Shown: positions 13,616 to 28,280, numbered from the stretch's first letter. The stretch: DNA of 64,000 nt from Octopus sinensis (GCF_006345805.1 NC_043011.1:7750001-7814000); one strand, 5' to 3'. Notes: generated by a model from the letters alone, not told the origin. A program made the numbers and translations.

Positions 13616-16186
13616 GTGATGTTCTCTGGTCAAGCTTGAACTCTACTGAGATTTTGCCGTATTCATGCTTTTGCCAGGTTAAAAAATTATCCAAGTGAAA
13701 TACAATCGAATCATCCGGTAATCGAAGAATAACGTTGGTTATTGGTTTTAAAGCAAAGCGCAATCAATATGTGGGACTTGGACTGTACAGCTGTTTCGAT
13801 GAACCTAATGTTTTGGTCCACATCTGTTCTGACTGAGAAAGCCTTTGATAAAAGACGTTCCAGTGCTGGCCATCCTTATGGCTTTATTTCTAAACATTGT
13901 ATACCTAGAACTTTATTAAATGGGTGCCCATTTCATTTATTTTAAGCATAAGACTGTTAATTTTAGTTGCTATATCAAACAGCTTGAGGAACCACATTAG
14001 CTCGATGTTTTTACTCGTGGAATCTATGGAGCAAAATCATAAAGATTAAATCTATCATCCATCGTCAATTAGTATTTTGTTGAGAAACTTAAAGAGCGAG
14101 GTTGACTTCAGCGGGATTTGAACGTAAAGCACCAAAGTAATTTTAGTCAATCTTTTATCGATTTTGCTGATCCATTCCTCTGCTACAGACAGATAATATC
14201 AATATCTTACACAGTCACAAAGCTCTCTTCTGTGCACTAAATTCAGAAGTATTTGATTAACCCGATTATATAGCAGTAAGTACATGCTCAAGGAAATGTT
14301 GTAAAGTAAGATCGAACTCGGAACTATGAGTTGAAAAGCGAGCTTCTTAACCACACAGCCATATCTCTGCACCTGTTGAAGAAATCTAAAGATCAAAGAT
14401 TTAAAAAAACCGCCGGCAAATGAGATTTCACTTCCCTGTACTTCGATGTTGATGGTTATGATGCAAAGACAGCGAGCTGGCAGAAACGTTAGCACGCCGG
14501 GCGAAATGCTTACCGGTATTTCACCTGCCGTTACGTTGTGAGTTCAAATTCCGCCAAGGTCGACTTTGCCTTTCATCCTTTCGGGGTCGATAAATTAAGT
14601 ACCAGTTATGCACTGGGGTCGATGTAATCGACTTAATCCCTTTGTCCTTGTTTGTCCACTCTATGTTTAGCCCCCTTGTGGGTAGTAAAGAAACAGGTTA
14701 TGATGGTTATGATGACGATGATGGTGATGACGCTGGTGACAACGACCACGGTGATGACGATAATGATAGTGATGATGATAACGACGATGACGATGGTGAT
14801 GATGATGATGATACTAGTAGTTGGTGATGTCAGTCATAAAGATGTTGGTGTCAGTGAAGACGATGATGGTGGTGGTAGTGATGGTGGTGATGTTTATCCT
14901 CCACATCATTTCTCGTCCACCAAAGATGCTCAAACTGTGATGGCTCCCCCCGCGCCTTGTTCTTATATGGAGCACCTGAAACTACATTATTTCATTCTTT
15001 CTGTGTTTTTTTAAGATAATAGGATGCGATATCACGCTAAGAGTACTAAGTAGCCATCTGTGACCATATTTAATACGAGCAGTACTAAGTAGTCATTTTA
15101 AGAAGATATTAAGATATTAGGGCATGATTTAACATTGAGAGTACCAAGGAGTAAGTTTCGAGTATACGCCAATTCCCAAGTGCTTGTTTCGTTATTAAAC
15201 GAAGAATATGGGACGTTGGGATTTCCTAATTTATTTTTGTGAATTTTGGAATCATTCTGTCATGCTGAATAGAATTCAATGCCTTTTAGGGTAGCTTTTT
15301 CGAAATTTACACACCGACCTTGGAAGATTATATATATATTTGTGTGTGTGTACGTGCGTGCGTGTGTGCGTGTGTGTGTGTGTGTGAGTGTGTTTGTGTG
15401 TGCGTGCGCGAGCGCGTGTATGAAGGATCTTTTATCATTTTTTTAATCATTTGACTGCAGCCACCCTGAAGATCTTTCTTTAGTCGAACGATTCGACTCA
15501 AGTACTTTTTAAAACCTGGTACTTAAACTAACGGACTCTTTTTTCCGAACTGCTAAGTTACAGGGACCTAAACACGCCAACACTTGTTGACAAGCGCGTT
15601 GGTGGGAGACAAGCACAGACATAAAGACACACACACATACACCCACACACACACAGAGGCAAACACACATACACGACGGGCTTAATTCAATTTCCGTCTA
15701 CCAAACCTATTCACAAGTCGTTAGCCGGCCCGAGGTTATAGTAGAAGACAGCTGGAAAAATGTGCCACGTAGTGGGACTGAACCCGAGACCATATAGTTA
15801 GGAAGAAATCTTCTTATATCACAAAAGCTCTCAAAACTAGAAATTCTTAAGTAAGTATTACCCTTGCCATAATTACAATCGCAGTGAAAGACAATTGCCC
15901 AATATCAATGTTTTGTATAATATATACAAGAAAACCACCATAAACCAAGTAAACTTCAACAAATTCAACGCTACAAGAATAAGGGACAACTTAGAACAAC
16001 GAGCACATCGAACATACACTTCTATCATAAGGTGCCTATCGAAAATCATTATGGTTTCGACACCTGAGCAGTACTACTCATTATGGCCGTATCGGCAGCG
16101 TTAGAATCATAAACGCCGCCTGAGGATCAATAGACAAGGTTCAGGAGAGAAACATTAGTATATGCTATTTGCACAAAGATCTACTC

Positions 16187-16234
<48 letters not shown>

Positions 16235-16237
<3 letters not shown>

Positions 16238-16687
16238 CCTTTCTATTAAAGGCACAAGGCCTGAAATTTTGGGAGAGGTATTAAGTCAATCACATTGACC
16301 CCGGTACTCAGCTGGTACTTAACTTATCGACCCCGAAAAAATGAAAGGCAAAGTCGATCTCGGCGGAATTTGACTAAGACCGTAATAATAATAATAATAA
16401 TAATAATAATGATGAGGATGATGATGATTTCAAATGTTGGTACAAGGCCAGCATTTCGCGTAGAGGGTAAGTCGATTACATTGACCCCAGTGCTCGACTG
16501 GTACTCATTTTATGGACCCCAAAAGGATGAAAGGCATTTTGAACTTAAAACCAAAAGACAGACGAAATGCCGTTAAGCATATTTCCCGGCGTACTTACGA
16601 TTTTGCCAGCTTGCCGTCTTAATAACAATAATGATAATAATAATACTAACAACAACAACAACAACAACAACAACAATAATAATAATA

Positions 16688-16742
<55 letters not shown>

Positions 16743-17198
16743 CCTTTCTATTAAAGGCACAAGGCCTGAAATTTTGGGAGAGGTATTAAGTCAATCACAT
16801 TGACCCCGGTACTCAGCTGGTACTTAACTTATCGACCCCGAAAAAATGAAAGGCAAAGTCGATCTCGGCGGAATTTGACTAAGACCGTAATAATAATAAT
16901 AATGATAATAATAATAATGATGAGGATGATGATGATTTCAAATGTTGGTACAAGGCCAGCATTTCGCGTAGAGGGTAAGTCGATTACATTGACCCCAGTG
17001 CTCGACTGGTACTCATTTTATGGACCCCAAAAGGATGAAAGGCATTTTGAACTTAAAACCAAAAGACAGACGAAATGCCGTTAAGCATATTTCCCGGCGT
17101 ACTTACGATTTTGCCAGCTTGCCGTCTTAATAACAATAATGATAATAATAATACTAACAACAACAACAACAACAACAACAACAATAATAATAATAATA

Positions 17199-17231
<33 letters not shown>

Positions 17232-17245
17232 TGATGATAATAATA
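16235..17245. repeat. Recent ~505-bp tandem duplication
   Basis: Units start near 16235 and 16741 and appear identical by eye outside the (AAT)n/(AAC)n tracts. Confidence 0.92.
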
Positions 17246-17409
17246 ATAAACTTTTCGACTATGGGCACAAGGCCTGAAATTGTGGGGGAGGGGACTAGTC
17301 TATTAGATCAACCCTAGTGTTTCACTGGTACTTAATTTATCGACCCCCAACAGAATGGAAGGCAATGTTGAACTCAGAACGTAGCGACGGGTGAAATACC
17401 GATGAACAT

Positions 17410-17449
<40 letters not shown>

Positions 17450-17460
17450 TAATAATAATA

Positions 17461-18525
17461 ATCGGCAAAACACGAGCAAAACAAAAGTTGTTCTCAGTAT
17501 TTAAGAAAGCTGACAAATACAAACAAGAAATCATACCACCTAACAAATATGAAGAAGAAGAAGAAGAAGAAGAAGAAGAAGAAGAAGAAAACACAACAAA
17601 AGCTATAAAGCAAATGAAATCAAAACTAAAACCAGAACAGCAACGAATCCTGATAAAAGGATGGCAAGAAAAGCCCCTTCATGGCAAGTACTGGACTAAA
17701 CTAAATGCAAAAGAAATAGACAAAGAAAAATCCCAGCAATGGTTGAGAAGCTCAGGACTCAAAGCAGAGACAGAAGGATTTTTAATTGCAACACAAGACC
17801 AAAGCCTCCTCACCAGGAATTACCAAAAACATGTAATGAAAAGAAATATAACAAGTAACTGCAGAATATGTGGAGATGGACAAGAAACAATAAATCATAT
17901 TATCTCTGGCTGCCCAGTCCTGGCTAAGAAGGAATATATTCACAGACACGACAGAGTTGGGACCTACATACACTGGAAGCTATGCCAACATTATGGAATA
18001 ACAACAGAAAAAAGATGGTATAGGCACACACCAGAAAAGGTAACAGAAAACGAGATAGCAACCATACTCTGGGATATGACAATACACACAGATAGAGAAA
18101 TTAAGGCCAAAAGACTAGATATAGTTGTCAGAGATCATAAAGAAAAATATGCTTTCTAATTGATGTATCAATACCAGCAGATGACAACGTTTCTCTAAAA
18201 GAAATGGAGAAACTTTCAAAGCACAAAGACCTGGAAATAGAGGTAACTAGAATGTGGAATCTAAAAACAGAAACAATCCCTATCATGGGAGGTGCATTAG
18301 GCATGATAAAAAAATATTCAGACAAATACATAACAAAAACACCAGGACTTACAAACACATATAACATACAGAAAATTGCACTACTAGGCACTGCACACAT
18401 CCTACGCAGAACACTTTCCATACAATAACCATCAGAGCATCACAACAAATCACAGCACATACCTTAGGCACACAGAGCTGCGCTCGGTAGTGAAGTGAAA
18501 GCACGCTATAAAAATAAAACTACTG
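17461..18525 (+). mobile_element. R4/Dong-type LINE, 3' fragment (same family as 39.4-42.2 kb)
   Basis: ORFs 17446..18159 and 18204..18428 encode the CRIC/RHD knuckle and RLE (KRLDIVV, IDVSIP, K..DLEIE). The 3' UTR ends AAAACTACTG then (AAT)n; the 5' side is also (AAT)n. Confidence 0.92.
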
Positions 18526-19034
18526 AATAATAATAATAATAATAATAATTAATAATAATAATGTTAATAATAATAATAATAAAAAATTTCTTTTACAACA
18601 GGGGTGCTTTTACAAGGAGAATATTCGATTTGTGTAGAGGTTTATATAAAAGCTGAAGAAAGAAAGGGAGATGATGGGGAGAAAATGGTGGTGCCCCAGC
18701 ATGGCCGCGGCCTTCGGGCTAAAACATTTTTCAGGATTTAAGGATTTAGAAAATACATGAACCATGTAGTCTTCACGGTAGAGATAAACCGCCAGCCGGA
18801 GCCAGTCAAGGAACTCTTACCAGATCCTGGTTAACCCTGATCATCAAGGGCACAATCCTTCGCTCAATTGCTGTTCTCTCATCTACAGCGCACACATAGA
18901 ATTGGTCCATTCACTCAAACTACTTTTGCTAGAATCCCCCACTTATTGACAAATTTTCTATGGGAGAGTAACTCCCTGTCCACACTCACTTTCTTATTCT
19001 TTTTCTTAAGCTCTTCATTCCCTATGGAGTATGG

Positions 19035-19285
19035 GTCATCGATGTCTTTTCTCAACTTGGCCTTGTAGCTTCCTTTCGCATCTTGCAGTGCAGCAAGGCC
19101 TTCCTCTCCCTGGTCCTGTTGGTTTTGAGTTGTCGTTGATGTTCCTGTAAGGGAAGAAGTGGACCATATTAATCTGGACTCTAATCTTTGACCTGTCCAG
19201 CTTGAGAGGCCCTACAAGGAGCTTGAGTTCCACTGGCATAGCTCTCTGGGTCACTGAGACACCCAAGCCAACCCCACCTCCCACT
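19035..19285 (-). mobile_element. Probable RTE-type LINE 5' UTR fragment
   Basis: Minus strand GTGTCTCAGTGACCCAGAGAGCTATGCC..GCTCC..TAGGGCC..GACAGGTC resembles RTE/Expander 5' UTRs (recalled, not searched). Confidence 0.4.
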
Positions 19286-20429
19286 GCAAAAAGGACTAGA
19301 TCACGTGATGGGTGGTCACTCCTATTACAAAATAAATAATAGATGCCGAAATGTAATTAAATAAACAAACAAAACACAATATGTATCACGTACGTTTATA
19401 AGTATTTGCTTAGAGCAGGGTGGAGCTGCGGCAAGTACTTGTCCTTATCAAACTATTCGTCAGAAGAGAACTACTTTGGCTTGATATATAAATAATGTGC
19501 ATCAAAAATGGTAGGTTGGCGATGCACGGTAACAAGAGAGTGTTGGAAAAGTGTTAAAATGAGGCAATAGTTAAAAAAAAAATTTGAGAAGCACTCTTAT
19601 TAGAAGCTTGCTCGTGCAGTCCTTGTGCTTGGAATCTACCAAAGAAGGTAATTAAAAAACAAAATTACCACAAATTTGTTTGGAGAGTAACTCTTCGTTA
19701 CCAGTTATTTCAAGTACGATTATAATGAGCTTTTCTTTATCAAAAGCTTAAATGTAGATCTTGACGTTGCTGTTACTTTCTTTCTTTGGTTCTGGAAATA
19801 TTGCTAATGTTGTCCCTTTATTCGCCTACAAAATGAATAAATAAATAAATACATAAACTAAAGTGTAAGTTAGGGTGATTCATTTGTACCCAGCTTGCTT
19901 CGACACAATTCTTTTTTCTTTTGTCCCGAATTGATTGTCAGACGGAATATTTTAATGTAGAGGGTTTCATAATGAGAGAACGACAGACCATCGCAGCGAT
20001 GATGAAGTAAAAAATGACAAATCAACAACAACAACTACAACAATAATTGTACATGCTTTTTTAACCAATCGGCATTGTTAAATAACCATATGGTGCATTC
20101 GATAGATTTATTTTATTCTGGTGAACCGTTGAATGGGCGGGATGTGATAAAGGATATTTTTGTGGCTGCGAAGATAGATTCTATCAGATTAAATCGAAGT
20201 GCTAAGTATAATAATGATAATAATAACAGCGAAGGGTTAGGCTGGAAGTACTCCATCAAAACTCTGCGGAGGAAGATTCGCGAGAAATTGAGAATAATGT
20301 CAAAATAAAGAAATATAATATATACCAAAGACACTTTCCATTCATGCTGTCCGTCTGTGTGAAAGGAAAAAGAAAAACTGACCAGAGGGAAGTGTGTTCC
20401 GTTTATTAAAGCCACTAATATTTCTGTGG

Positions 20430-20466
<37 letters not shown>

Positions 20467-20486
20467 TATTATTATTATTATTATCA

Positions 20487-20585
<99 letters not shown>

Positions 20586-22807
20586 GTGGTAGCAGCAACG
20601 ACACCAACAGCACGAATTAATGGACTCGTTAGTGTTGGACAGAATAACATTCTCTGTTTTTCGTGGCTCTTTAATTTCTGAATTCATTTTCTGCCCTCCA
20701 GGGTCGATAAAATTAGCTACCACTCAAATACTAGTGTCGTAAAATTGTTTATATTGCAAGATGGCTGCTTTAAAATGACTAGCAGAGGTGCTCATCATGG
20801 TCGTGGTTTATATCATCCATTAACTATTAACTGAGCATTCCAAAATATTTCGACAGTTGCACGTGTACAGTACAGGACACGAAATGAAATGAAAAGGAAA
20901 ATGATTTATCATGAGAAACATTTGCTAAAGGTAAAAAGATAGCAACTTGATTTGAAATAAAAAGCAGGGGATTGGAGGACGTACATTACAAAAGCCAGTA
21001 CTTCTTTGCCCGATGAATTTACCAAGGAAATGGCAAAAAGGAAGATGACTTAGCTCTGGTTTTCAGACTGAAAGTTTTGCCATGTTGATTCGAAGGAAGA
21101 ACCAGAAGTCGTGACAGATGAGTGGTAGAAGGTTAGTTGCATCAACTAAGATAGGGTATATGGAAATATGGCTCGCAGAACATGAGCATCACATGCATTT
21201 CCAGCATAGATGTTGCAGCATAAGGGAATAGGAAATATATGGACCATGCTCAGAGACATTGATAAGAATTTTGCAAGAAAATAGTAAATGCAAAGGTGAT
21301 AAAGTATATGGTCGGGTGAGATTATCATATCACACATCAACCAATATTTCAAACTATTTTCTCGAGGAAATATAGAAAACCTTTCGTTTGAAAAGCAGAA
21401 GTAGGTAATCTTCTTTGATAAGCACGTCAGGCAAAGAAGCACTAGCGTTTGTGTCACTATAATGACACACGGCTATTCTTGAACTGTGTCAATCTTTAGA
21501 AATAGAAAGAAAGCTGGTTAATTTTGTCTATGCATCTGCATATGTATGTACATAACTCAGCGAGATATCTTTTTAGGAAGTGTTGTAGTTACTCATGCAA
21601 TAAAGTTTGCTTTATCCACACCAATGATGTTTATCAAAGAGTGAAGCCGCCAACTTGGACAAACGCAGCTTGGTATCAGTGTCGTCGCTGGCGTTGGTGT
21701 CAGAACGCAAAAAGTTAGAATTTTTTAATATCCATAAACTATTAATTGAAGGTGCAAAAATATTTAGGTAATTAAATATACAGATGTACAGTGCAGGACG
21801 CAAAGCAAATTGGACAGATAAATAATTTATTATGGAAAATAATTACTAAAGATGCTCCCAGTCTAATGGCTACAGTCTAATGTCTAAAACAAGATAAGAA
21901 AAAAGGAACAAATGTAGGGAAATAAGGGAGCTATTTAATTTGAGTCAACCAAAGAAAAAGAAAAACAGAAAGGTGGAATTATATCACAGAAGCAAGTACT
22001 TCTTTGCCCGAAGGTCGGTTAAGCCATCTGCAGTGCCTTACCAGACCTTCTTACTGTTTTGTTTCTCCACCGTCCTACGCTCATAATCTTTTATCGGCTT
22101 CCAAAGGATTAATGGTAAATTTGCCTTCGACAGGATTTTGACTCAGAGCTGGGGGCAAAAATTTAAACCACAAGTAAATTGTTGTTGCTGTTTAACCGTG
22201 GGCGAAATCTTATCGATCATCTCATATGATCAAAGACATTCCAGTCTTGACCATTCTGTATTGCTTTTAGACGTAATCTAGCTTGGAGTACTTATATCTA
22301 GTATAGTTTTCGACACACTACGAGCATCTATTTAAAATGGGAATGTGTGTGTGTGTTTGAGCGCAATTTGGCAGCTATTTCTAGCTGGTCGAGTGACACG
22401 TTGATTCTTATCTTGTGTTTTGGTGGTGTTGTTCAGCTCCAAGTAAATCCTACAGTCAAACATTCCACACATGGCTATTTCTTTTTTTGTTCCTTTTTAA
22501 AAAAACTTTTGTTATATGCAAGAAATCCAGAATGATATTTCCAGTGTCTTTTTCTAAGACAGGTTTGTATGGCCTGAGGGAGGTTTGGTTATTATTTCAT
22601 AAAGAAGTTTCCTCGTTGGAAAAATCAATGTCATGGGCACACAACTCCTTGATGGAATCGTAGGGACCAGCTTCATGCTAAAGAGCATGTCTTGGGCATT
22701 TTAAACATAGCGGAGTCCGATCCTCTCCGGGACCTAGTATATATAAATATATATTAGCTCTGAGTATTTTCAGGGTCCTCCATGCTAGCCGTCTGCGTGT
22801 TGTTATC

Positions 22808-23317
22808 TTAACCCATTAACTGCCAAATTTTTAAAATCATATTTTTGGCTTTGCCAGGTGTCTTAGGAGTTAAAATAATATATAGTATTTAAATTTTCTT
22901 CATATGTGAATTATTTTGGAAATTGTGATTAATTTTTCGAAAAGTCCCTAATGGGGATCGCAAAAGAAAAGCATATTTATCTTTTTCTATTTAATTGCGA
23001 TAATAAACATTTTAGCTTTTTTGAAAGGCGAATGTGTATGAAATATCAGTGAATGATATGGATGGGAAATGCAAAAACAAAAAACGTTTTCAAAACAGTC
23101 AATATTTTTGTAGGTGAAAGATTGCGATTTATGACATAAAATGTCCTCCAGAATTAGCCAGAGCTAATAATGACAAGCTTGAACTACTAAATATTGTTAA
23201 ACACATCTCTGCAAATGCAATGTAAATAAGCAATTCACTTTAACTACAATGAAGAACCGGCAGTGAGGCTGTTTTTAGCAGATCCCCAAATGGAGCTCAT
23301 GGCAGACAATAGGTTAA
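22808..23317. mobile_element. Non-autonomous piggyBac-like element
   Basis: TTAA-CCCATTAACTGCCA ... TGGCAGACAATAGG-TTAA ends, plus subterminal inverted TGGGGATC/GATCCCCA. Confidence 0.55.
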
Positions 23318-24784
23318 CAAGGATAATATACACAGGAAACTATACGGTGAGAGCCTAACTATTTCTGTCTTTCCTGCCCTGACTTTTGTGTGTCCACCAG
23401 GTTAACCCCGACTGGTTAGACATATAGTATGTATATGATCGGTAGAGCGACTCGACTCAATCTACAGATCTATTGTTTCAGATATGCCTTGCAGTGAGGT
23501 GAGGGCCTTACTGCATTCATTTTTTTTAGGAAGTAGTGACTCGAAAGGGAGTATAGAACGACTGCTTGGACAACATAGTCTCTCCCTCTCTCCCTCTCTC
23601 TATGCTGTTCAGTCGGTTTTTCTCCTCCTGTCGATTCCATTGGTAGTCATGGAGTAGACGTGAGCCAGTGGTCGTGGTGCAACAGTCGTTGATCCCCTAC
23701 ACTTTTTGTTGGGGCTGCCGTGGATCCCAGTTCAACAACTCAGCAGCTTCATTAGTGTCTTGATGAAAGAGAAATTTCTGTGTGGGTCATATTTTACAGG
23801 ATTGCGACACGTCCTTACACGTGAATAAGTCGCAACCCTAATTAAGAGTTAAATCTTGATACATTTTCCCCCTTTTACAGTTTTAGCTTCACCGCGGGTT
23901 TATATATCATACGCCAGTTTTTCAGATAAAACCAAGTTACAAACAGAACGGTTTATACACAAGTAAATGCGAAATCTTTTCTTTTTTACTCGTTTCAGTC
24001 ACTAGACTGTGGCCAGGCTGGGGCACCGACTCAAAGAGCTTTTAGTCGACCCCTGTACTTTTTTTTACAAAAACCTGATACTTATACTATCGGTCACTTT
24101 TTGTCGGTCCGCTAATGTTACGGGGACATGAACAAATCAGTACCGGTTGTGAACCGGTGGGGGGGATACAAGCACAGACACACACACACAGACTCATACA
24201 CACACACACACGACGAGTTTCAGGTCCAAGGCTGTAGTAGAAGACGCAGTGGAATTGAACCCGGACTTATGTGTATAGGAAGCAAACGTTTTACCACATG
24301 GCCACACCTGCGCCTAATACGCATTAATATTTCTTCGTTATTTTCTCGTATGTCTTTACGTTCTGAGTTCAAATTCCACCGAGGTCGACTTTGCCTTTCA
24401 TCCTTTCGGAGTCGTTAAATTAAGTACCAGTTGTGTACTGGTGTCGATCTAATCGTCAAGCCTCTTCCCCAAAAATTTCCGGCCTTCTGCCTAGAGTAGA
24501 AGAGAATATTTCTTCTTGATTTTCTCGCATCCTTCGGTACTTCTTACTAAGTAACAAACACATTGTTAATTAATTTTTTCTTAAATATTTTCCCTATTTT
24601 TTGTTGTATTTTTCTCCATTATCCCACAATATTTTCATTACTTGTCCATAATCCTCCGCATAGATTTTTACGTACTTAGCTGTTTTTCGCGAGAATTCAT
24701 TCACGTTCATATCTTATTACGTGAAGGACCAGTGTGTGTCACATAACAAGGAAATCTTGGCGTTTTAACACAAGAAAATTAACT

Positions 24785-25036
24785 ACTGCCTGAGAGACTT
24801 GCATGGTGTGGATGTGGCTTTCTTTAAAACTAAACTGGATCTCTTCTTATCGGGGGTCCCAGATGAACCTACCTCACGGCAGGAGACACAGATGCGGGCA
24901 GCGGCATCGAACTACCTTGTTGACCAAGTGCCACGTATCAGAGGTGGATTCACATATTAGTGTAGATCATTCAGCGGTGGTGCCCCAGCATGGCCGCAGC
25001 CTTCGGGCTAATACACTTTTAAGGATTTAAGGATTT
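24785..25036 (+). mobile_element. 3' end of a CR1/L2-group LINE
   Basis: Encodes LRDLHGVDVAFFKTKLDLFLSGVPDEP..RAAASN.LVDQ*, then a 3' UTR GGTGCCCCAGCATGGCCGCAGCCTTCGGGCT and an (AAGGATTT) tail. Tail-only copies at ~18687-18748 and ~25762-25818. Confidence 0.7.
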
Positions 25037-25332
25037 TCTATTCTATGCACATGTGGTTTTTACATTTCAGCGGAACAAGTCAGGTGGATGGTTTTATAAT
25101 GATATTGTAGGCAAAGACATGACTAAGTGGCTAAAAAGTTCGCTTCGTAACTACGTGGTTTTGAGTTTAGTCCCACGACAGGGAATCTTGAACAAGTGTC
25201 TTCTGCTATGGCTCAGAGCCGACCACTAATTTGTGAATTAATTTGAAGAACGGAAACTACGAAAGCCCGTCCTACATAAATATTTTCGTGTGAGCATCGA
25301 GTTTTTGTTTGTTTTCCATCTCATATATATAT

Positions 25333-25373
<41 letters not shown>

Positions 25374-25459
25374 TTTGTTCCATGTACTCGTGCTTCGTAC
25401 TTTTTTTGTTGTACACGTTTCATGACGCCCTGTGCCCACATATGCATATATATATATAT

Positions 25460-25517
<58 letters not shown>

Positions 25518-25547
25518 GTATAGATGTATGTACATATATGTAGGTAT

Positions 25548-25742
25548 GTGACCTCGTGTGGCGATTTTTTCCCTCTGTCTTCCCTTCTCGGGATCTTTCC
25601 TTCTCCTATGTTTCCGACGAAGAGCTCCGCTCGAAACATTAAACCCTCCTTCTTTCCTTCTTTCCTGAGCGTCCAATAATACTTTATTTGTTCCACGTCC
25701 TCGCGTTGTTGTGTTTTTTTGTGTTTTCTTGTTTGGATTAAC
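25548..25742 (+). mobile_element. ~195-bp (TA)n-tailed element (family E, Penelope-terminus-like) with hammerhead-like motif
   Basis: Near-identical to 48641-48848; both end GTTTGGATTAAC(TA)n. Confidence 0.75.
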
Positions 25743-26653
25743 TATATATATATATATATATCGGTGCTCCAGCATGGCCGCAGCCTTCGAGCTGAAACAT
25801 TTTAAAGGATTTTAAGGGTATATATATATATATATATATTATACAATGTACGTATGTATATAAGTTCATATATATATAATGTTTCTTCGGTTGCAATTTT
25901 TGTGGTGATCGTTGAAAAGCAAAAAAACATCGTTATAAATACATTTTTCTTTTTAAAGACTTGAATGATATCTTGAAACCGCGAACCACATCACCACCAC
26001 CACCGCCACCACCAATAATAATAATAATGATAATAATAATAATGATAATAATAATAACAATAATAGTCTCACGCTGTTTGTTTGTTTTTTCCTGTTTTAC
26101 AAATCCTACTTAAAGAAATTTCCACAAATATTTACAAACAAATCTCAATAAAGCACACACAGACATACATATACACACTTATATATACATACATGTATTC
26201 AAAGAACTGTTACATAAAACTTCACTTACATACATTGGCAATCACATACATAAATATACGCACAATTGTAGAAAATTTCACCAAGTTTCAAACAGTGTTG
26301 CGTGGGGTGGGCACTGGTGGGAGAGAAAAGCTCGATCGTTTTAAGATAACTTTTATTTCCACAATGTCTTGTTCCTGTAAGCAAGCAGTTGACAATTCCA
26401 GGGGAGCCAAAACAAGCCTATTCAGGATATATATTCTACAATGACTAATTATCCATTGTGGACATGTTTTAATGCTGTCATGAGGTTTTTAGACAAACTA
26501 TTGTGAAGACAATTGATCGGAGAAGAGAAGAGAGGCAAATAACCTTCGGAAAAACACAAAAAGACCTCGATGACAACATCACCCCCTGTTTACCCACCCT
26601 TGCTCCTTCCATCCTTCTGGCTCGAAATTGATGATGGATGACTCTGATGTTTT

Positions 26654-26686
<33 letters not shown>

Positions 26687-26865
26687 GTTCATTTTTTGCA
26701 AAATGGGCTCTGCTCTCCTGTCGGTGGTGGTGGTGCCAGTTCTCATTTCAGCTGGTGTCTCAATCTTCAAACGCGTTCTATTTTATATTTCTATATTCTC
26801 CTCTCGCTGCTAAATATCCAGTATTTAATTTTATATTATATATTTCTTACACACACACACAGACA

Positions 26866-26901
<36 letters not shown>

Positions 26902-27312
26902 TTATTTCAAACCCCCGCCTCTCTCCCTCCCAAAAGTTCCGTATATGGGGAGGGCTTATGTCTTTAAGTATTTCCGTGTTAACTTGTTTACATGTGGTTT
27001 TTTCTTAATGCTATTGAAGTTGTGAAAACATACAAGAAAAATAAGACAAACAAACAAAATAAAAACAAACAAAATGTAAATTAATGATGATTAATCACTT
27101 GGCTATTAATTAAGAATTTAACAATTATTTTTTTTCTCTTTCCTTGTTCAGTTTTATATGTTTATTCGTTTTATTTCAACAACCTTCTTCTTCTTCTTCT
27201 TCTTCTTCTTCTTCTTCTTCTTCTTCTTCTTCTTCTTCTTCTTCTTCTCCTACTACCAACGTCAAGGAGAGCTTTTAACACTGTGGAGCTAGCTGTATGT
27301 ATGTGTATATGC

Positions 27313-27378
<66 letters not shown>

Positions 27379-27394
27379 CACATATGTGTGTGTG

Positions 27395-27443
<49 letters not shown>

Positions 27444-27742
27444 ATGTGTGTGTATGTGTGTGTATGTGTGTGTGTGTGTATACACAACACACACATATAT
27501 ATATATGTGCATATACATATGGATTTATGTATGTGTATACATGTTTGTATACATACATAGGCGTTTTGAATGTGTTACAAACTCAAAATCACTCTGTCAG
27601 GTATCACAGAATAATTGAATATAAAATGAACTCATTCTGTTGTTCGCATATTCCGCCCAACTCAACTCGGAAATTTAATCCAAGTGTTTATATTTTTTAA
27701 CATTTCCTCTCCCCTTTTTCTCTCCCACGACAAATGTATTTG

Positions 27743-27814
<72 letters not shown>

Positions 27815-28215
27815 GTTGTTGTTGTTGTTGTTGTTCTTGTAATAACAATAGATTTCACCTGTCTTCTGTCCACAAACCCTTCAACAAAAAACAAAATGGT
27901 GAATTTTGGGACTCCTGTGGATGTGTTTGTAGGTTTATTGACGACTGTGGACATGTTCCCCTACTGTAAGATATTTTTTTTAAAGAAATTTCCGCCACAG
28001 TCAACGTGAGAATTCTAGCTTCTTGTGTGGTTTTGGTTCGACGGAAACTGTGGAGAATCCCTATGACTGAATAGCATTAAGTGACACGAAATGACACGAT
28101 GGTTCATCATATTTGTCAAACACTGCTTAAATACGCATGCGTGCGCGTTAAATATTCAACGCATGTTATGGTGCAGAATTTATCATACATAATATATTTT
28201 CTCCCTCATCTTTCT

Positions 28216-28216
28216 G

Positions 28217-28280
<64 letters not shown>

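Noticed and set aside
16120-16165. CTGAGGA..GAAAC-ATTA-GTA hammerhead-like string
   Set aside because: Stem II is only 2 bp and there is no stem I complementarity.
27930-27970. Possible minus-strand terminal exon (..GEHVHSRQ*)
   Set aside because: Weak polypyrimidine tract, no partner exons and no recognisable protein.
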